From the NCBI RefSeq assembly GCF_004010195.1, contig NC_057755.1:12334407-12372168 (forward strand): a DNA stretch of 37,762 nt. The letters are read 5' to 3'. Under the pieces are notes generated by a model. That model was not told the DNA's origin, did not search any database, and worked only from the letters and a program-made list of their open reading frames with translations. Below, one piece after another: positions 11,191-22,812 of this stretch (position 1 is the stretch's first letter; every line of letters starts with the position of its first letter). A program made the translations under genes and the position numbers. The stretch is from Chiloscyllium plagiosum (Eukaryota).

Positions 11191-11326
11191 CTGGGCTATT
11201 CAGTGATAAAGAGTAGAACACTTCCATCAGCTTGTCATGCTTCACGTTGCCAAAGTAAAGATGGAATCTGAGACCATTATACCCAATATTATGAGCATGT
11301 CTTTGAAAGGCATACTGATATATTAA
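11191..11326 (-). pseudogene. Candidate exon 5 of antisense (pseudo)gene
   Basis: Strong acceptor ttgtgttgtgtcccacag, donor CAG|gtataa, 136 bp, phase 0/1. The only open frame is LIYQYAFQRHAHNIGYNGLRFHLYFGNVKHDKLMEVFYSLSLNSP. Confidence 0.65.
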
Positions 11327-11396
11327 CTGTGGGACACAACACAACAATTACGCCTTTAATTACAACTTCTGCCATTTCCTTATGATCACTGTTAAG

Positions 11397-11707
11397 TTGG
11401 GGAGGTGATGGTATTATTGCTAGACTGTTACTCTGTAAAGGCAGGTAAAATTCTGGAGATTGGGCTTAAATCCTGGATGACAGATGGTGGAATTTAAATT
11501 TCATAAACATGTGGAATTAAAAGTTTAACAAAGTCTTTGTTGATTGTTGGGAAATTCCATTGGTTCACATATGTCCTTAAGGAAAGGAAACTGTAATTCT
11601 TTTGTGGTCTGGCCTACATGTGACTGCAGACCCACAACAATGTAGTGAATTCTCAACTACCCTCTAGGGATGGGCAATGGCACCCATATCTTCTGAATGA
11701 AAAAAAA
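11397..11707 (+). mobile_element. Old SINE of a second family
   Basis: About 310 bp with a degenerate tRNA-like head, central tggttcac...gtcctt..ggaaaggaaa...ggtctggcctacatgtgact.cagaccc block, and a gaatgaaaaaaaa tail. Recognised from memory as a common shark SINE. Confidence 0.55.
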
Positions 11708-12166
11708 CTGGCCTGTAGTTTCCTGTTTTGACATCTTTTTGAATAAGGGAGTTAAATTTACTAATTTCCATTCTAATGTAACCTTCCCCGAATCAAAGGA
11801 ATTTTGGAAAGTTAGTAAATGTAAAACATATAAAATGTAAATCTGTGAATCATGTACTAATTTCCCAAATCTATTTTCCTTATGCCAATTTGCTCATGAA
11901 TGAGGTAATAACCAAGATTATTACCTTTTTTCGTTTGTCGCCATTCTTTTCACACCAATCGCTCTGCTTAGATTTAGAAGAGTATGCTTTATAGTACGTA
12001 CAGACTTGAATTAAACCAGCTACCTACTTCATTGCTGGTATGTTCATTTGCCCTACTTTCATTTTACTGTTTTAGATTCTGTCTCTCTCTTTCTGTAGTT
12101 CCAATGTCTTGCTCAATATGTTCTGTCTGTCGCTAATTTCTAAACTTAACTTCCTTCATGTCCCAG

Positions 12167-12323
12167 GTAAATCGTTTCCTTTTCAACATGCAACTCAATA
12201 AAGACCAGATCGAAGACATCATGGTTCAGTTCAAAGCTGAGATGCTGAAGGGCTTGGCCTTCCCCAACTCTTCCAGTCTGAAGATGTTGCCTACATGTGT
12301 ACGGTCAACTCCTGATGGCTCAG
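12167..12323 (+). CDS. HKDC1: Hexokinase internal exon (exon 2 of the N-terminal half), most similar to HKDC1
   Basis: Acceptor ttccttcatgtcccag, donor CAG|gtattg, 157 bp, phase 0/1. VNRFLFNMQLNKDQIEDIMVQFKAEMLKGLAFPNSSSLKMLPTCVRSTPDGS matches vertebrate hexokinase exon 2 (VDRFL..M.L..DIM..F.AEM.KGLA...KMLPTFVR..PDGS) with the same intron positions. The paralog call is tentative. Confidence 0.88.
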
Positions 12324-12696
12324 GTATTGCAAAATGGAAATACAGTCCATTTAACATGTTTTCAGTTTATAGAAAAAAAACTATAGACTGCCTATTGCTT
12401 CCCTTGCTGCGTTTTGTTTTGTATCATATCCTTCATAAGGTCTGACTTCAATGCTCTCAGCTCCCATCCATGTCGCATTGCAGGGTCATACTGAGATGGA
12501 GATTGTAGTATTACTCAGTGATTGTCCATTGGATCTCTAGTGGGACATGCATGTGTTGCAGGTCTGGGTATAATATTATTGTTACTAACGCTCAACAGCC
12601 AGAGGGATCTAAATTAATAAATTTGAATTTTTTAATGGAATGTGAATGTTGTTTGAAAGGACAGAATGTTTGTTATTCCCGTACTGCCTTTGAGTT

Positions 12697-13320
12697 TAAA
12701 AGTGTGGCACTGGAAAAGCCCGGCAGGTCAGACAGGAGCAGGAGAGTTGATGTTTCAGGCATTAGCCCTTCATCAGAAATGGGGAGGGGAAAGGGGGCTG
12801 AGAGATAAATGTGGGGGTGAGGGTGGGGCTGTGGGAAGGCAGGATGCAGGTAGAAGGTAATTATGATAGGTCGGTGGCGAGGTTGGAGCAGATAGGTGGG
12901 AAGGAACACGGACGGGTCAGGAGAGTGGTGCCGAGTTGGAGGGTTGGATCTGGAATGAGGTGGGGGGAGGGGAGATTGGGAAACTGGTGAAGTCGATGTT
13001 AATGCAATATGGTTGGAGGATCCCGAGACAGAAAATGAGATGTTCTTCCTCCAAATGGTGGGTGGCTTTGACTTGTCAGTGGAGGAGGACCAGGACCTAT
13101 ATGTCCTTGGTGGAGTGGAAGGGGTGGTTGAAGTGGTTGGCCACACAGCAGTGGGGTTGGTTTGTGCGTGTGTCCCATAGATGTTGCCCTATCACCTCTG
13201 TCCAAGGCCCTAAAGGATCATTTCAAGTCTGGTAGAGATTTTCCTGCACATCCACCCACTTACTTTGCTGCATCCATTGCTCTCAATATGGTCTCCTCTA
13301 ATCGGGGAGACAGAATGCTA
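12697..13320 (-). mobile_element. Penelope-like element 3' end (GIY-YIG C-terminal region + terminal repeat with decayed hammerhead)
   Basis: The minus strand reads VANHFNHPFHS...LEEEHLIFCLGILQPYCINIDF, followed by CTGATGAAGGGCTAATGCCTGAAACATC at about 12749-12776. Confidence 0.82.
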
Positions 13321-15270
13321 GTCATAAACAACCACTGAGCTTTTCTAATCCCATTTCCCAACACTTGGCCAAGAGCCTTAAATGCCTAATTATTGCAAGT
13401 GCACAGAGGTGACAGGACAGTGGTACACAGTGCCCTGGGAATCCTCAACATTGACTTTGCACTCCATGATGCCTCATGGTGTCAGGTCAAACATGGGCAA
13501 GAAAACTTCTTGCTCATTACAATGTATAGACTCCAACACCTGGGTGATAAATCCATGCTTCTCCATGTTGAATATCTCTTGGAGGAAGTTCTGAGGTGAG
13601 CAAGGGTGGAGAATGTATTGATGGAGACTTCAATATCTATCATCAAAGGTAGATTGTTAACACCACTCCTAACTGGGCCAGTTGATATCTCACAGACATA
13701 GCTGGTGAACAAAAGGTGGTGAAATAACTAACAAGAGGGAAACATGCACATGATCTTATCCCCTCAAGCTACCAGTGGTAGATGTATCTGTCCATGCCAG
13801 TGTTGGTAAGAGTGATCTCTGCACAATCCTTCTGGATTAAAAGTGCCATCTTCATGTTAATAATAGGTTCGATCAGGTTGTATGGCACAATTACAGTGCT
13901 AAATAGGAAAGACTTTAATCAGATCTAAACTGAGCATCCATGAGGCACTGTGGGCCATTTACAGCAGCAGAATTGCACTCCAACACAATCTGCAACCTCT
14001 TGCCTGGCTGAAGGGCCTGTTTGCATGCTGTATTACTCTATATCACCCACTCAATCATTACCAGTGGAGAGTGCAGGAGGGTATGCCCAGAGCATGAACC
14101 TAGAAAGGAGCTATCAACATGCTGAAGCTACAAAACAGGACTACTTGTATGTCAAGCACCACAAGCCGCAAATGAAAGACAGAGCAAAGCAATTCTACAT
14201 TTAACAATTGGAGTTAAAGCCTGCAGTCCTGCTAATCCAGTTGTACATGGTGGTGGACTGTCCAATCATTCACTGAAGTAGGAGGCTCCGCAAATATCCC
14301 CATCCTCAATAATGGGAAAGTCTAGTGCATTAGTGCAAAAGATAAGGCTGAAGCATTTGTCACCATCTTCAATTGTGTAGATGATCCATCTTGGCCTCCT
14401 CTAGTGGTCTCCAGCACCACAGTTACCAACCTTCAGCCAATTTGATTCTCTTCACATAATATGAAGAAGTGGTTGCAGACGCTGGATTCCAACACTTTGA
14501 TGATGATCAAGAGTAGATGAATGAAGCAGTAGTTGGTATTATTGGATTGCAAAGTCTACAGACCTTAACAATGTTCCGGTAATAGTACTGAAGACGTGAG
14601 ATACAGAACTTATCGTTCCAGTAGCCAAGCTATTCCAGTACAGTTACAACACTGGCAGCTGCCCAATAGTGTGGAATCTTGTTCACAAAATGTAGGGTGC
14701 ATCCAATGACATCAGCTACTGTTTTATTTGTCTACTCTTGATCATCAGCAAAGTGATGGAATCTGCCATTTTCAGTGGGAACAAGCAGCATTTGCTTAAC
14801 AAAAGATTGCTGAATGACCCAATTATTTGGGTTCTGTTAGGTCCAACCAGCTCCTGAACTCATTACCTTCAGAATCAACTATTCCAACTCATCCCTAATT
14901 GATCTCTAATATTCTATCCTCCATAAACTTGAGCTCATACAAACTCCGCAGCCCATGTTGTAACCTGTAGCAAATCTTGTCTTCCTCTCACCCATTATGC
15001 TTTCTGCCTTGCATTGACTCCTGGACATAGGCTCAAGTCTTCAGATTCTCATCCTTGTTTTAAAACTGTCCCTGTCATAGACTCAATCCTTCCCATCTCT
15101 GCATTTCTCTCTAGCCTACAACCCTCAATTCTGGATTTTGGAACATCCCAGATTTGAATTCAGTCCACCGCTGGTGACAATCATTCAGTCATCTAGACAC
15201 TAAGCTATGGCATTCTCTCCATTTCATCTTCTTCTCCAAATCTCTTCCCTCCTTTAAGGATAATTAAAAC

Positions 15271-17590
15271 GTTGGATTTGGTGCTCGACAACGAGCCAGG
15301 CCAGGTGTCAGATCTCTTGGTGGGAGAGCATTTTGGTGACAGTAACCACAATCCTCTCACCATGGAGAGGAATAGGAACAGACAGTATGGGAAGGTATTT
15401 AATTGGGGCAGAGGAAATTATACAGCTATTAGGCAGGAGCTGTGGAGTACAAATTGGGAAAAGCTGTTCTACGGGAAGTGCACAACAGAAATGTGGAGGC
15501 TGTTTAAGGAATAACTGTTGCAAGTGTTGGATTGCTCGGTCCCACTGAGACAGACAAGGAATGGTAAGGTGAAGGAGTCTTGGATGACAAAAGCAGAGGA
15601 GCTCCTCGTCAAAAGAATGAAGGACGCTTACTTGAGGAAGCAAGAATCTGACACAGCTTTAGAGGATTACAGGGTAGCTAGAAAATAACTCAAAAATGGA
15701 CTGAGGAGAGTTAGGATTGAGCATGAAAAAGCTTTGGCAGAAAGGATTAGGAAAAACCTAAAGGCATTCTATACTTACGTGAGGAATAACAGAATGATCC
15801 GAGAGAGGGTAGGGCCGATCAGGGATAGTTGAGGGAACTTGTGCCTGGAGTCTGAAGAGGGAGGGGAGGCCCTAAATGACTTTATTTTGCCTCAGTATTC
15901 ACTAGAGAGAGGGACATTGTTGACAGTAGTTAATAGGTTTGAACAGATTGATATTAAGAAAGTGGATGTGCTGGGAACTTTGGGATGCATTAAGATAGAT
16001 ATGTCCCCAAGGCCAGACCAGATATTTCCAAGGTTACAACAGGAAGTGATGAATGAGACTGCTGCACCCTCACTCTCCACGGGAGTAGTACCAGATGATT
16101 GGAGGGAGGCGAATGTTATTCCTCTGTTCAAGAAAAGGAATAGGGAAATCCCTGGGAATTACATAGATTAGATTACTTAGTCTCTGGCGCTGTGAGGCAG
16201 CAGTGCTAACCACTGTGCCACCGTGCCGCCCACCGTGCAGACCAGTCAGTCTTACGTCTATGGTAAGGTACTGGAAAGGATTCTGAGAGATAGGATTTAT
16301 AACTATTTGGAGGAACATTGTTTGATTAAAGATAGTCAGCATTGCTTTGTGAGGGGCAGGTCATGCCTCAGAAACCTTATTGAGTTCTTTGACGAAGGTT
16401 GAGCAGTGGATATGGTGTATATGGATTTCATTAAGGCATTTGATAAGGTTCCCCATGATTAGGCTCATCCAGAAAGTTAGGAGATATGGGATATGGGGAA
16501 ATTTGGCTGTCTGGATACAGAGTTGGTTGTCCGAAAGAAGACAGTGAGTGGTAGTGGATGGAAATGTTCTGCCTGGAGGTCAGTGGCCAGTGGTGTCTCC
16601 CAGAGATCTATTCTTAGACCTCTACTCTTTGTAATTTTTATATATGATGTGGATGAAGAAGTGGAAGGGTGGGTTAGTACGTTTGCTGATGACACAAAGG
16701 TCGGTGGTGTTGTAGATAGTGTTGAGGGCTGTTGCAGGCTATAACAAGACATTGACAGGATGCAGAGCTGGGCTGAGATGTGGCAGATGGAGTTCAACCT
16801 GGATAAATGCAAAGTGATTCATTTTGGATGGTTGAATTTGAACGTTGAAAGCAGGGCTAAAGATAGGATTCTTGACAGTGTGGAGCAACAGCGGGATCTT
16901 GGGGGTCCATTTACATAGATTCCTCAAAGTTGCCATTCATGTTGATAGGGTTGTTAAGAAGGTGTTTGGTGTTTTGGCTTTCATTAACAGGGGGATTGAG
17001 TTTAAGAGCCATGAGGTTTTGCTGCAGCTCACTAAAACCCTGGCTGGATCACACTTGGAATATTGTGTCCAGTTCTGGTCACCTCATTATAGGAAGGATG
17101 TAAATGCTTTAGAGAGGGTGCAGAGGAGATTTACCAGGATGCTGCCTGGATTGCAGGGCTTGTCTTATGAAGAGAGCTTGAGTGAGCTAGGGCTGTCCAT
17201 TCTGGAGAGAAGGAAGAGAGGTGACTTGATAGAGGTGTACAAGGTAATGAGAGGCATAGATAGAGTAGATAGCCAGAGATTTTCCCCAGGGCAGAAATGG
17301 CTGTCAAGAGGGGTCATAATTTTAAGGTAATTGTAGGAAGGCATAGGGGAGATATCAGAGGTAGGTTCTTTATGCAGAGTGGTGTGTGCGTGGAATGCAC
17401 TGCTAGCAGTGGTAGTAGTGACTCTAGTAGAGACATTAGGGACATTTAAGTGACTGCTGGACAAGCACATGGATGCCAATAAATTGAGGGATATGTAGGT
17501 TAGGTTGATCTTAGATTAAGATAAATACTCAGCACAACATCATGGGCCAAAGGGTCTGTACTGTGTTGTACTGTTCTATGTTCTATGTTC
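15271..17590 (+). mobile_element. CR1/HER1-type LINE, 5'-truncated ORF2
   Basis: LDLVL...GDSNHN, PDDWREANVIPLFKK, FADDTKVGGVVDS, LEYCVQFWSPHYRKD, and a (ttctatg)n tail. Confidence 0.95.
16164..16231 (-). mobile_element. Internally deleted HE1-like SINE (head fused to tail)
   Basis: The tail tagattagattactta is joined directly to the head gtctctggcgctgtgaggcagcagtgctaaccactgtgccaccgtgccgccc. Confidence 0.85.
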
Positions 17591-18402
17591 TAACCATTTG
17601 ATCAAGCTTTTGGGCATCTGACCTCGTATCTCCTTATGAGGCCCAGTTTCAATCTATGTTGAAGAGCTTTGGCATGTTTGTTTGGTAAAGGAACAAAGCA
17701 AGCTATTATTGTTGAGTATGGCATCAAGTAGCTCTGGGAATTTCAAAGTCAGTGGGAATCGGGGGAAATCTTTCCACTGATTGGAGTCATATTTAACACA
17801 GTTATCTCAGCTCCAGGACATCTCTATGTAGAGTTCCTTGGAGTAGATATTATCCAATCATCATGTTGGACGATGTTATTACACACTTCTGGAATAGATG
17901 GGCCATGAACATTGGCCTCCTGCCTCAGGAATAGGGACACTGCCCTAAATCACAAGAGCCACCTCAAGGTAGTGCCCTCAGCCCAACTATCTTCAGTTGC
18001 TTCATCAGGGACCTTCCTTCCATCACAGTGTCAGAAGTGGGGATGTTCACTGATGATTGCACAAAGCTCAACAAAAGTAGTAACTCCTCAGGTGATGAAG
18101 CAGGTCATGCCCAAATTAAGCAAAATCTGGACAATATCTAAGCTTGAGCTGGTAAATAGCAAGTAACATTTGCACCAGACAAGTGCCAGGCAATACACAA
18201 TTTCAACAGGAGAGAGCATTTGTTCATCTTCTTCAGATATTTAATGGTATTAACATCACTGAATGCCCCACTATGAATGTCCCGAGGATTACCAATGACC
18301 TCCTTCAGACAACTAGCACATTTTAATGCCTGGCACCCGACCTACACCACTGCCCCCTTAACCATTTGGCACCCTACTCCTCAGTTTCCTTTCCTCACTA
18401 AC

Positions 18403-18546
18403 CAGCAAAATGCCTCTAGGATCATCAACCTTTTAAACATGGCAGCAAGAGTCATCAAAACAGGGTATTTTAGTCTGCAACATCACTTCAGCACTGGCTG
18501 CCTGGATTTCTCTTGCTTTTCTTCATTGGACATAACCAGGAGAAGC
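18403..18546 (-). pseudogene. Candidate exon 4 of antisense (pseudo)gene, with two stops
   Basis: Acceptor aatatttcag, donor CTG|gttagt, 144 bp, phase 0/0. Reads ASPGYVQ*RKAREIQAASAEVMLQTKIPCFDDSCCHV*KVDDPRGILL. Confidence 0.6.
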
Positions 18547-18664
18547 CTGAAATATTGCCAGCAGATAAGTAGGTAACATGAATAGGGATTATTATTGGCT
18601 AAATCTGCTCTGCTGATAATTAGAATTTCTGAAATCATGATGCAGTCCTAATCTAATCATCTAC

Positions 18665-18788
18665 TTCAATCTCACTGCAATGTGAATAATTTCATAAAGG
18701 TGAAATCATTTTGCTGTGAAGTGTTACATTTGGTTCTACATACTGGCATGTTAAACCAGATATATCTCCTTTGCCATGATTCATAGCT
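18665..18788 (-). pseudogene. Candidate exon 3 of antisense (pseudo)gene, with one stop
   Basis: Acceptor tctttcatcaaaccaccag, weak donor GAA|gtagat, 124 bp, phase 2/0. Reads AMNHGKGDISGLTCQYVEPNVTLHSKMISPL*NYSHCSEIE. Confidence 0.5.
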
Positions 18789-18819
18789 CTGGTGGTTTGA
18801 TGAAAGATAATTGAACCCA

Positions 18820-19135
18820 GGACAGCATGTTGGCTCAGTGGTGAGCACTGCTACCTCGCAGTGCCAAGGACCCGGGTTTGATTCCAGCCTATGGCGACTG
18901 TGTGAAGTTTGCACATTCTCCCTGTGTCTGTGTGGGCTTCCACTGGGTGCTCTGGTTTCCTCCCACCTTCAAAAGATGTGCAGGTTAGGTGAATTGGCCA
19001 TGCTAAATTGCCCATAGTGTAGATTATTAGTCAGGGGTAAATATAGGGTAGGGGAATGGTTCTGGGCGAGTTACTCTGCAGGGGGTCGATGTGGACTTGT
19101 GGAGCCAAAGGGCCTGCTTCACCATGTAGAAATTC
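18820..19135 (+). mobile_element. HE1-like V-SINE
   Basis: A and B boxes, V-core and tail are all present. Confidence 0.9.
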
Positions 19136-19232
19136 TAAAGAATTAATTCTGTTTCACTCAATAGATGCTACCTGAAGTTTCCAGAGCTTTCTGTTCTTAT
19201 CACAGATACATTGATTCTTTAGTTGTGTGCAC

Positions 19233-19282
19233 CTGATGACACAACCTCCCTGATCTGGAATTTTGATCTGAAGAAATGTAAT
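19233..19282 (-). pseudogene. Candidate exon 2 of antisense (pseudo)gene
   Basis: Acceptor atttctctactgtggacag, donor AG|gtgcac, 50 bp, phase 0/2. Reads ITFLQIKIPDQGGCVI(R), phase-matched to the next exon. Confidence 0.55.
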
Positions 19283-19369
19283 CTGTCCACAGTAGAGAAA
19301 TATTAATCCTTTTCTGGTCTATATTCATAATTTTATACATTTCATTCAGGTTCCCCTCAGCCTTCAAAC

Positions 19370-21010
19370 CCCAGTCCCACTTCATAGTTGACTTACTCTG
19401 CCTGTTCATGTGTCTGTCTAAATGAACATTGCTGTCATATCTGCTTCTACCACCTCCCCAGCAGCATGTTTCAGGCATCTATTACCTTCTGTGTAAAACA
19501 AACTTGCCTCTCACATCTTCTTTAAACTTTGATCCCTCCACTCCACCTTAAACCTATGCCCCTAGTATTTGACATTTCCACTCTGGGAAAAATACTCTGA
19601 CTGTCCACCCTATCCATGCTTCTCACAATTTTTATATACTTCTATCACGATGTCTCTCAGCCTCTGATGCTCTAATGAAAGCAATCCAAGTTTGTCCAAC
19701 CCGTCCTTATAGCTAATACACTCCAATTCAGGCAGCATCTTGGTAAACCTCTTTTGCACTCTCTCCAAGGCCTCCACTTCCTTCCTATAATATGGTGAGC
19801 AGAATCACACACAATATGTGGCCCAACTAATGTCTTAGACAGATGTAATGTGACTTGCCAACTTTTATACGCAATGCCCCAACCAATGAAAGCAAGCATG
19901 CCATCTGCCTTCTTTACCACCTTATTCACCTTGTTTTGCCATTTTCAGGGAGCTATGGACTTGCATCCCAACATCCCTCTGTATATAAATGCTCCTAAGA
20001 GTCCTGCCATTTACTTTCCTATTGCATTTGACTTCCCAAAATACATTACCTCACACTGACCCAGGTTAAACTCCTATCTGCCCACTTACCAACTGATCTA
20101 TATCCCGCTGTATCCTTTGATAATCATCCTCACTCCACAATTCCTCCAATTTTCATGTTGCCTGTAAACCCATTAATCAAATCACGTACATTTTCATCCA
20201 AATCATTTACATAAAATACAAACACCAGAGGACCCAGTACAGATCCTTGTGGAACACCACTGGGTCATAGACCTACAGTTGGAAAAACACCCCTGCACAA
20301 CTACCCTCTGTCTTCTATGGTCAAGCCAGTTTTGAATCCAAATCAACCTGGATTTCATGTAATTTAATCTTCTGGATCAACCTACCATGAGGACCTTGTC
20401 AAATGTAAGATCTGTGTAAACAATACCCAGTGTCCTTTGCCCATTAATCAAGCTCATCATTCCTCAAAGATCTCTATCAAATTTCTGAGTCAAGATTTCC
20501 TCTGCCTAAAGCCAAGCTGACTAGCCAAAGTAAGTCTATTATTTTCCAAACAACAGTAAATCCTGTTCCTCAAAATCTTCTCCAATAATTTTCCCTACCA
20601 CTGATGTAAGACTCACCGGCCAATAATTTCTCAGATTATCTTTGTTGCCTTTCTTAAACAAAGAAACAGCATTGGCTATGGTCTAGTCTTCCTGGACCTC
20701 ACCTATCACTAATCAGGATACAAATATCTCTGTTGAGGCCCCAGTAATCTTCTCCATTGCATTCTTCAGTATTCTAGGATCGATCCCCATGGGACCTGGG
20801 GACTTACCCACATTAATATTGATGTGCCTCAGAATATCAACATACCCCTTCCTAATCTTTACTGTCATCCATGACATTCTCCTTGGTGAATACTGATGTT
20901 AAGTACCCTTTAAGGATCTCATCCACTTTCTCTGGCTCCACGCATAAATTCCTTTCTTTGTCCTTGAGTGAACTGACCCTTTCCCCTAGTACCCTTGTGC
21001 TCCTAATAGA
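19370..21010 (-). mobile_element. CR1-clade LINE ORF2, decayed
   Basis: VVKKADGMLAFIG, NLCVEPEKVDEILKGYLTSVFTKE and GVPQGSVLGP motifs. Confidence 0.88.
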
Positions 21011-21162
21011 CGTATAATATGCCTTGGGAAAATATACCATAAAATGCCCTGACTCCCATAAGCACGTAGCTTCTGAACCAGTCTGCCAAATGACACTTTG
21101 TCAAAAGCCTTACTGAACTCCATGTAGACATATTTTTATTGTAAAAATATACTTTAATCTTT

Positions 21163-21930
21163 AAAGTTTGTGAGAAGATTTGTAGCTCGGGTGCTCGTTG
21201 TTGTGGTTCTGTTCGCCGAGCTGGGAATTTGTGTTGCAGACGTTTTGTCCCCTGTCTAGGTGCCATCCTCAGTGCTTGGGAGCCTCCTGTGAAGCGCTTC
21301 TGTGATCTTTCCTCCGGCATTTATAGTGGTTTGTCTCTGCCACTTCCGGTTGTCAGTTCCAGCTGTCCGCTGCAGTGGCAGGTATATTGGGTCCAGGTCG
21401 ATGCGTTTGTTGATAGAATCTGTGAATGAGTGCCATGCCTCTAAGAATTCCCTGGATGTTCTTTGTTTGGCATGTCCTGTAATAGTAGTGTTGTCCCAGT
21501 CAAACTCATGTTGCTTGTCATCTGCGTTTGTGGCTACTAAGGATACCTGGTCATGTCGTTTTGTGGCTAGTTAGTGTTTATGGATGCGGATCGTTAGCTG
21601 TCTTCCTGTTTGTCCTATGTAGTGTTTTGTGCAGTCCTTGCATGGGATTTTGTACACTACATTGGTTTTGCTCATGCTGGGTATCGGGTCCTTTGTCCTG
21701 GTGAGTTGTTGTCTGAGAGTGGCTGTTGGTTTGAGTGCTGTTATGAGTCCTAGTGGTCGTAGTGGTCTGGCTGTCAGTTCAGAAATGTTCTTGATGTATG
21801 GTAGTGTGGCTAGTCCTTTGGGTTGTGGCATGTACTCATTCTGTTGTCTTCGCCTTAGGCATCTGTTGATGAAATTGCAGGGGTATCCGTTTTTGGCGAA
21901 TACATTGTATAGGTGTTCTTCTTCCTCTTT
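21163..21930 (-). mobile_element. Penelope-like element 3' part: GIY-YIG endonuclease + terminal repeat
   Basis: ORF 21571-21831: ATLPYIKNISE...NVVYKIPCKDCTKHYIGQTGRQLTIRIHKH, the GIY-YIG signature VVY...YIGQT.R. Confidence 0.92.
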
Positions 21931-22184
21931 TTTTTAAAAATTGCTATAAATTTCTTTAAAAATTGCTATAAGTACATACAAAGTGTTCTCAAGCCGTTTG
22001 CACAATGTTTGTAGAGAGGAAAGCGAAACATAAATGACACATTTTTAACTCATGCAGGAAAAATATTGACATACAGTTTGAGGCAACTGAGGGTGGGGAT
22101 CTGAGAACTGAATGGACCCTCATTTTACTTTGGCACCTTAGACGATGGACGTTCCCCATGGCAGCTGCCCCAAGCCTAGGACTC

Positions 22185-22642
22185 CTTTCGGCGGCTTTGG
22201 CATCACATTGTGTCTCCTGTTGGTGGGTTCAGTGAGTCTATGACTCCATATGATTTTTTTTGGCATTACGGTGGGTCTGGCCCAGGTTTCCAATGGGGAG
22301 TGGTTGGGTCCTTAAGCCGAGAGCCGTGAAAATGGGCTAAGATGGACTTTGTCTCAAAATCTCTTTTTTAAAAATTTTATCCTTTTTAAAATTATATTAT
22401 CACGGAAGGACTGTTATTCTGATTTTTTTATTTCTTTATTTTCTAATTTGTTATTTATTTTATACTCGTGAACATCTGTAATGCTGAACTTTAATTTCTT
22501 TATTTTTCTAATTATCTTTCCTAAGAATTTGTACTCAAGAATCTGTACCAAGGTAACTTTATAACAAAGATGGTACTGTAAGTGGCAACTTGTAAACTTT
22601 TCACTGTAATCGTGAATATTTGCGACAATAATTCTAATTCTA
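22185..22642 (+). mobile_element. Unclassified non-autonomous retroelement inserted in Tx1
   Basis: It interrupts the Tx1 reading frame and ends in ttttcactgta...gacaataattctaattcta, a LINE-type 3' end with a short tandem tail. Confidence 0.45.
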
Positions 22643-22812
22643 GTGCATCTCCCTGCACATAATCCTGGACCTTGGAAGTTGCCAGTCTGCAATACTCGAT
22701 CAGGGTCAATTCCTTGTTGTGGAAGACCAACAAGTTTTGGGCAGACCAAAGAGAGTCTGTCACCAAATTGATGGTCGACCAGGTGCAGTCAACGTTTGTC
22801 TCCATGTGCGTC

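Larger units (their letters stand above)
14870..17715 (+). mobile_element. L2-type LINE 3' fragment (14870-15270 and 17590-17715), split by a CR1
   Basis: cctttaaggataattaaaac...ctaaccatttgatcaagctttt rejoin into the L2-like FKxxLKTxLFxxAF end, followed by the tgaagagctttgg...taaagg tail. Confidence 0.6.
13400..18300 (+). mobile_element. Old CR1/L2-group LINE ORF2 (APE endonuclease at about 13400-14860, RT at about 17716-18300), split by nested insertions
   Basis: SWCQVKHGQENFLLITMYR and W.GDFN endonuclease motifs. The RT part has LSPTIFSCFI.DLP...GMFTDDCT (decayed FADD) at about 17975-18063. Confidence 0.72.
21130..22812 (-). mobile_element. Tx1 (L1-clade) LINE 3' end, split by a Penelope element and a + strand element
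   Basis: THMETNVDCTWSTINLVTDSLWSAQNLLVFHNKELTLIEYCRLATSKVQDYV (22640-22812) resumes as LGLGAA at about 22180. An A-rich 3' end lies near 21130. Confidence 0.7.
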
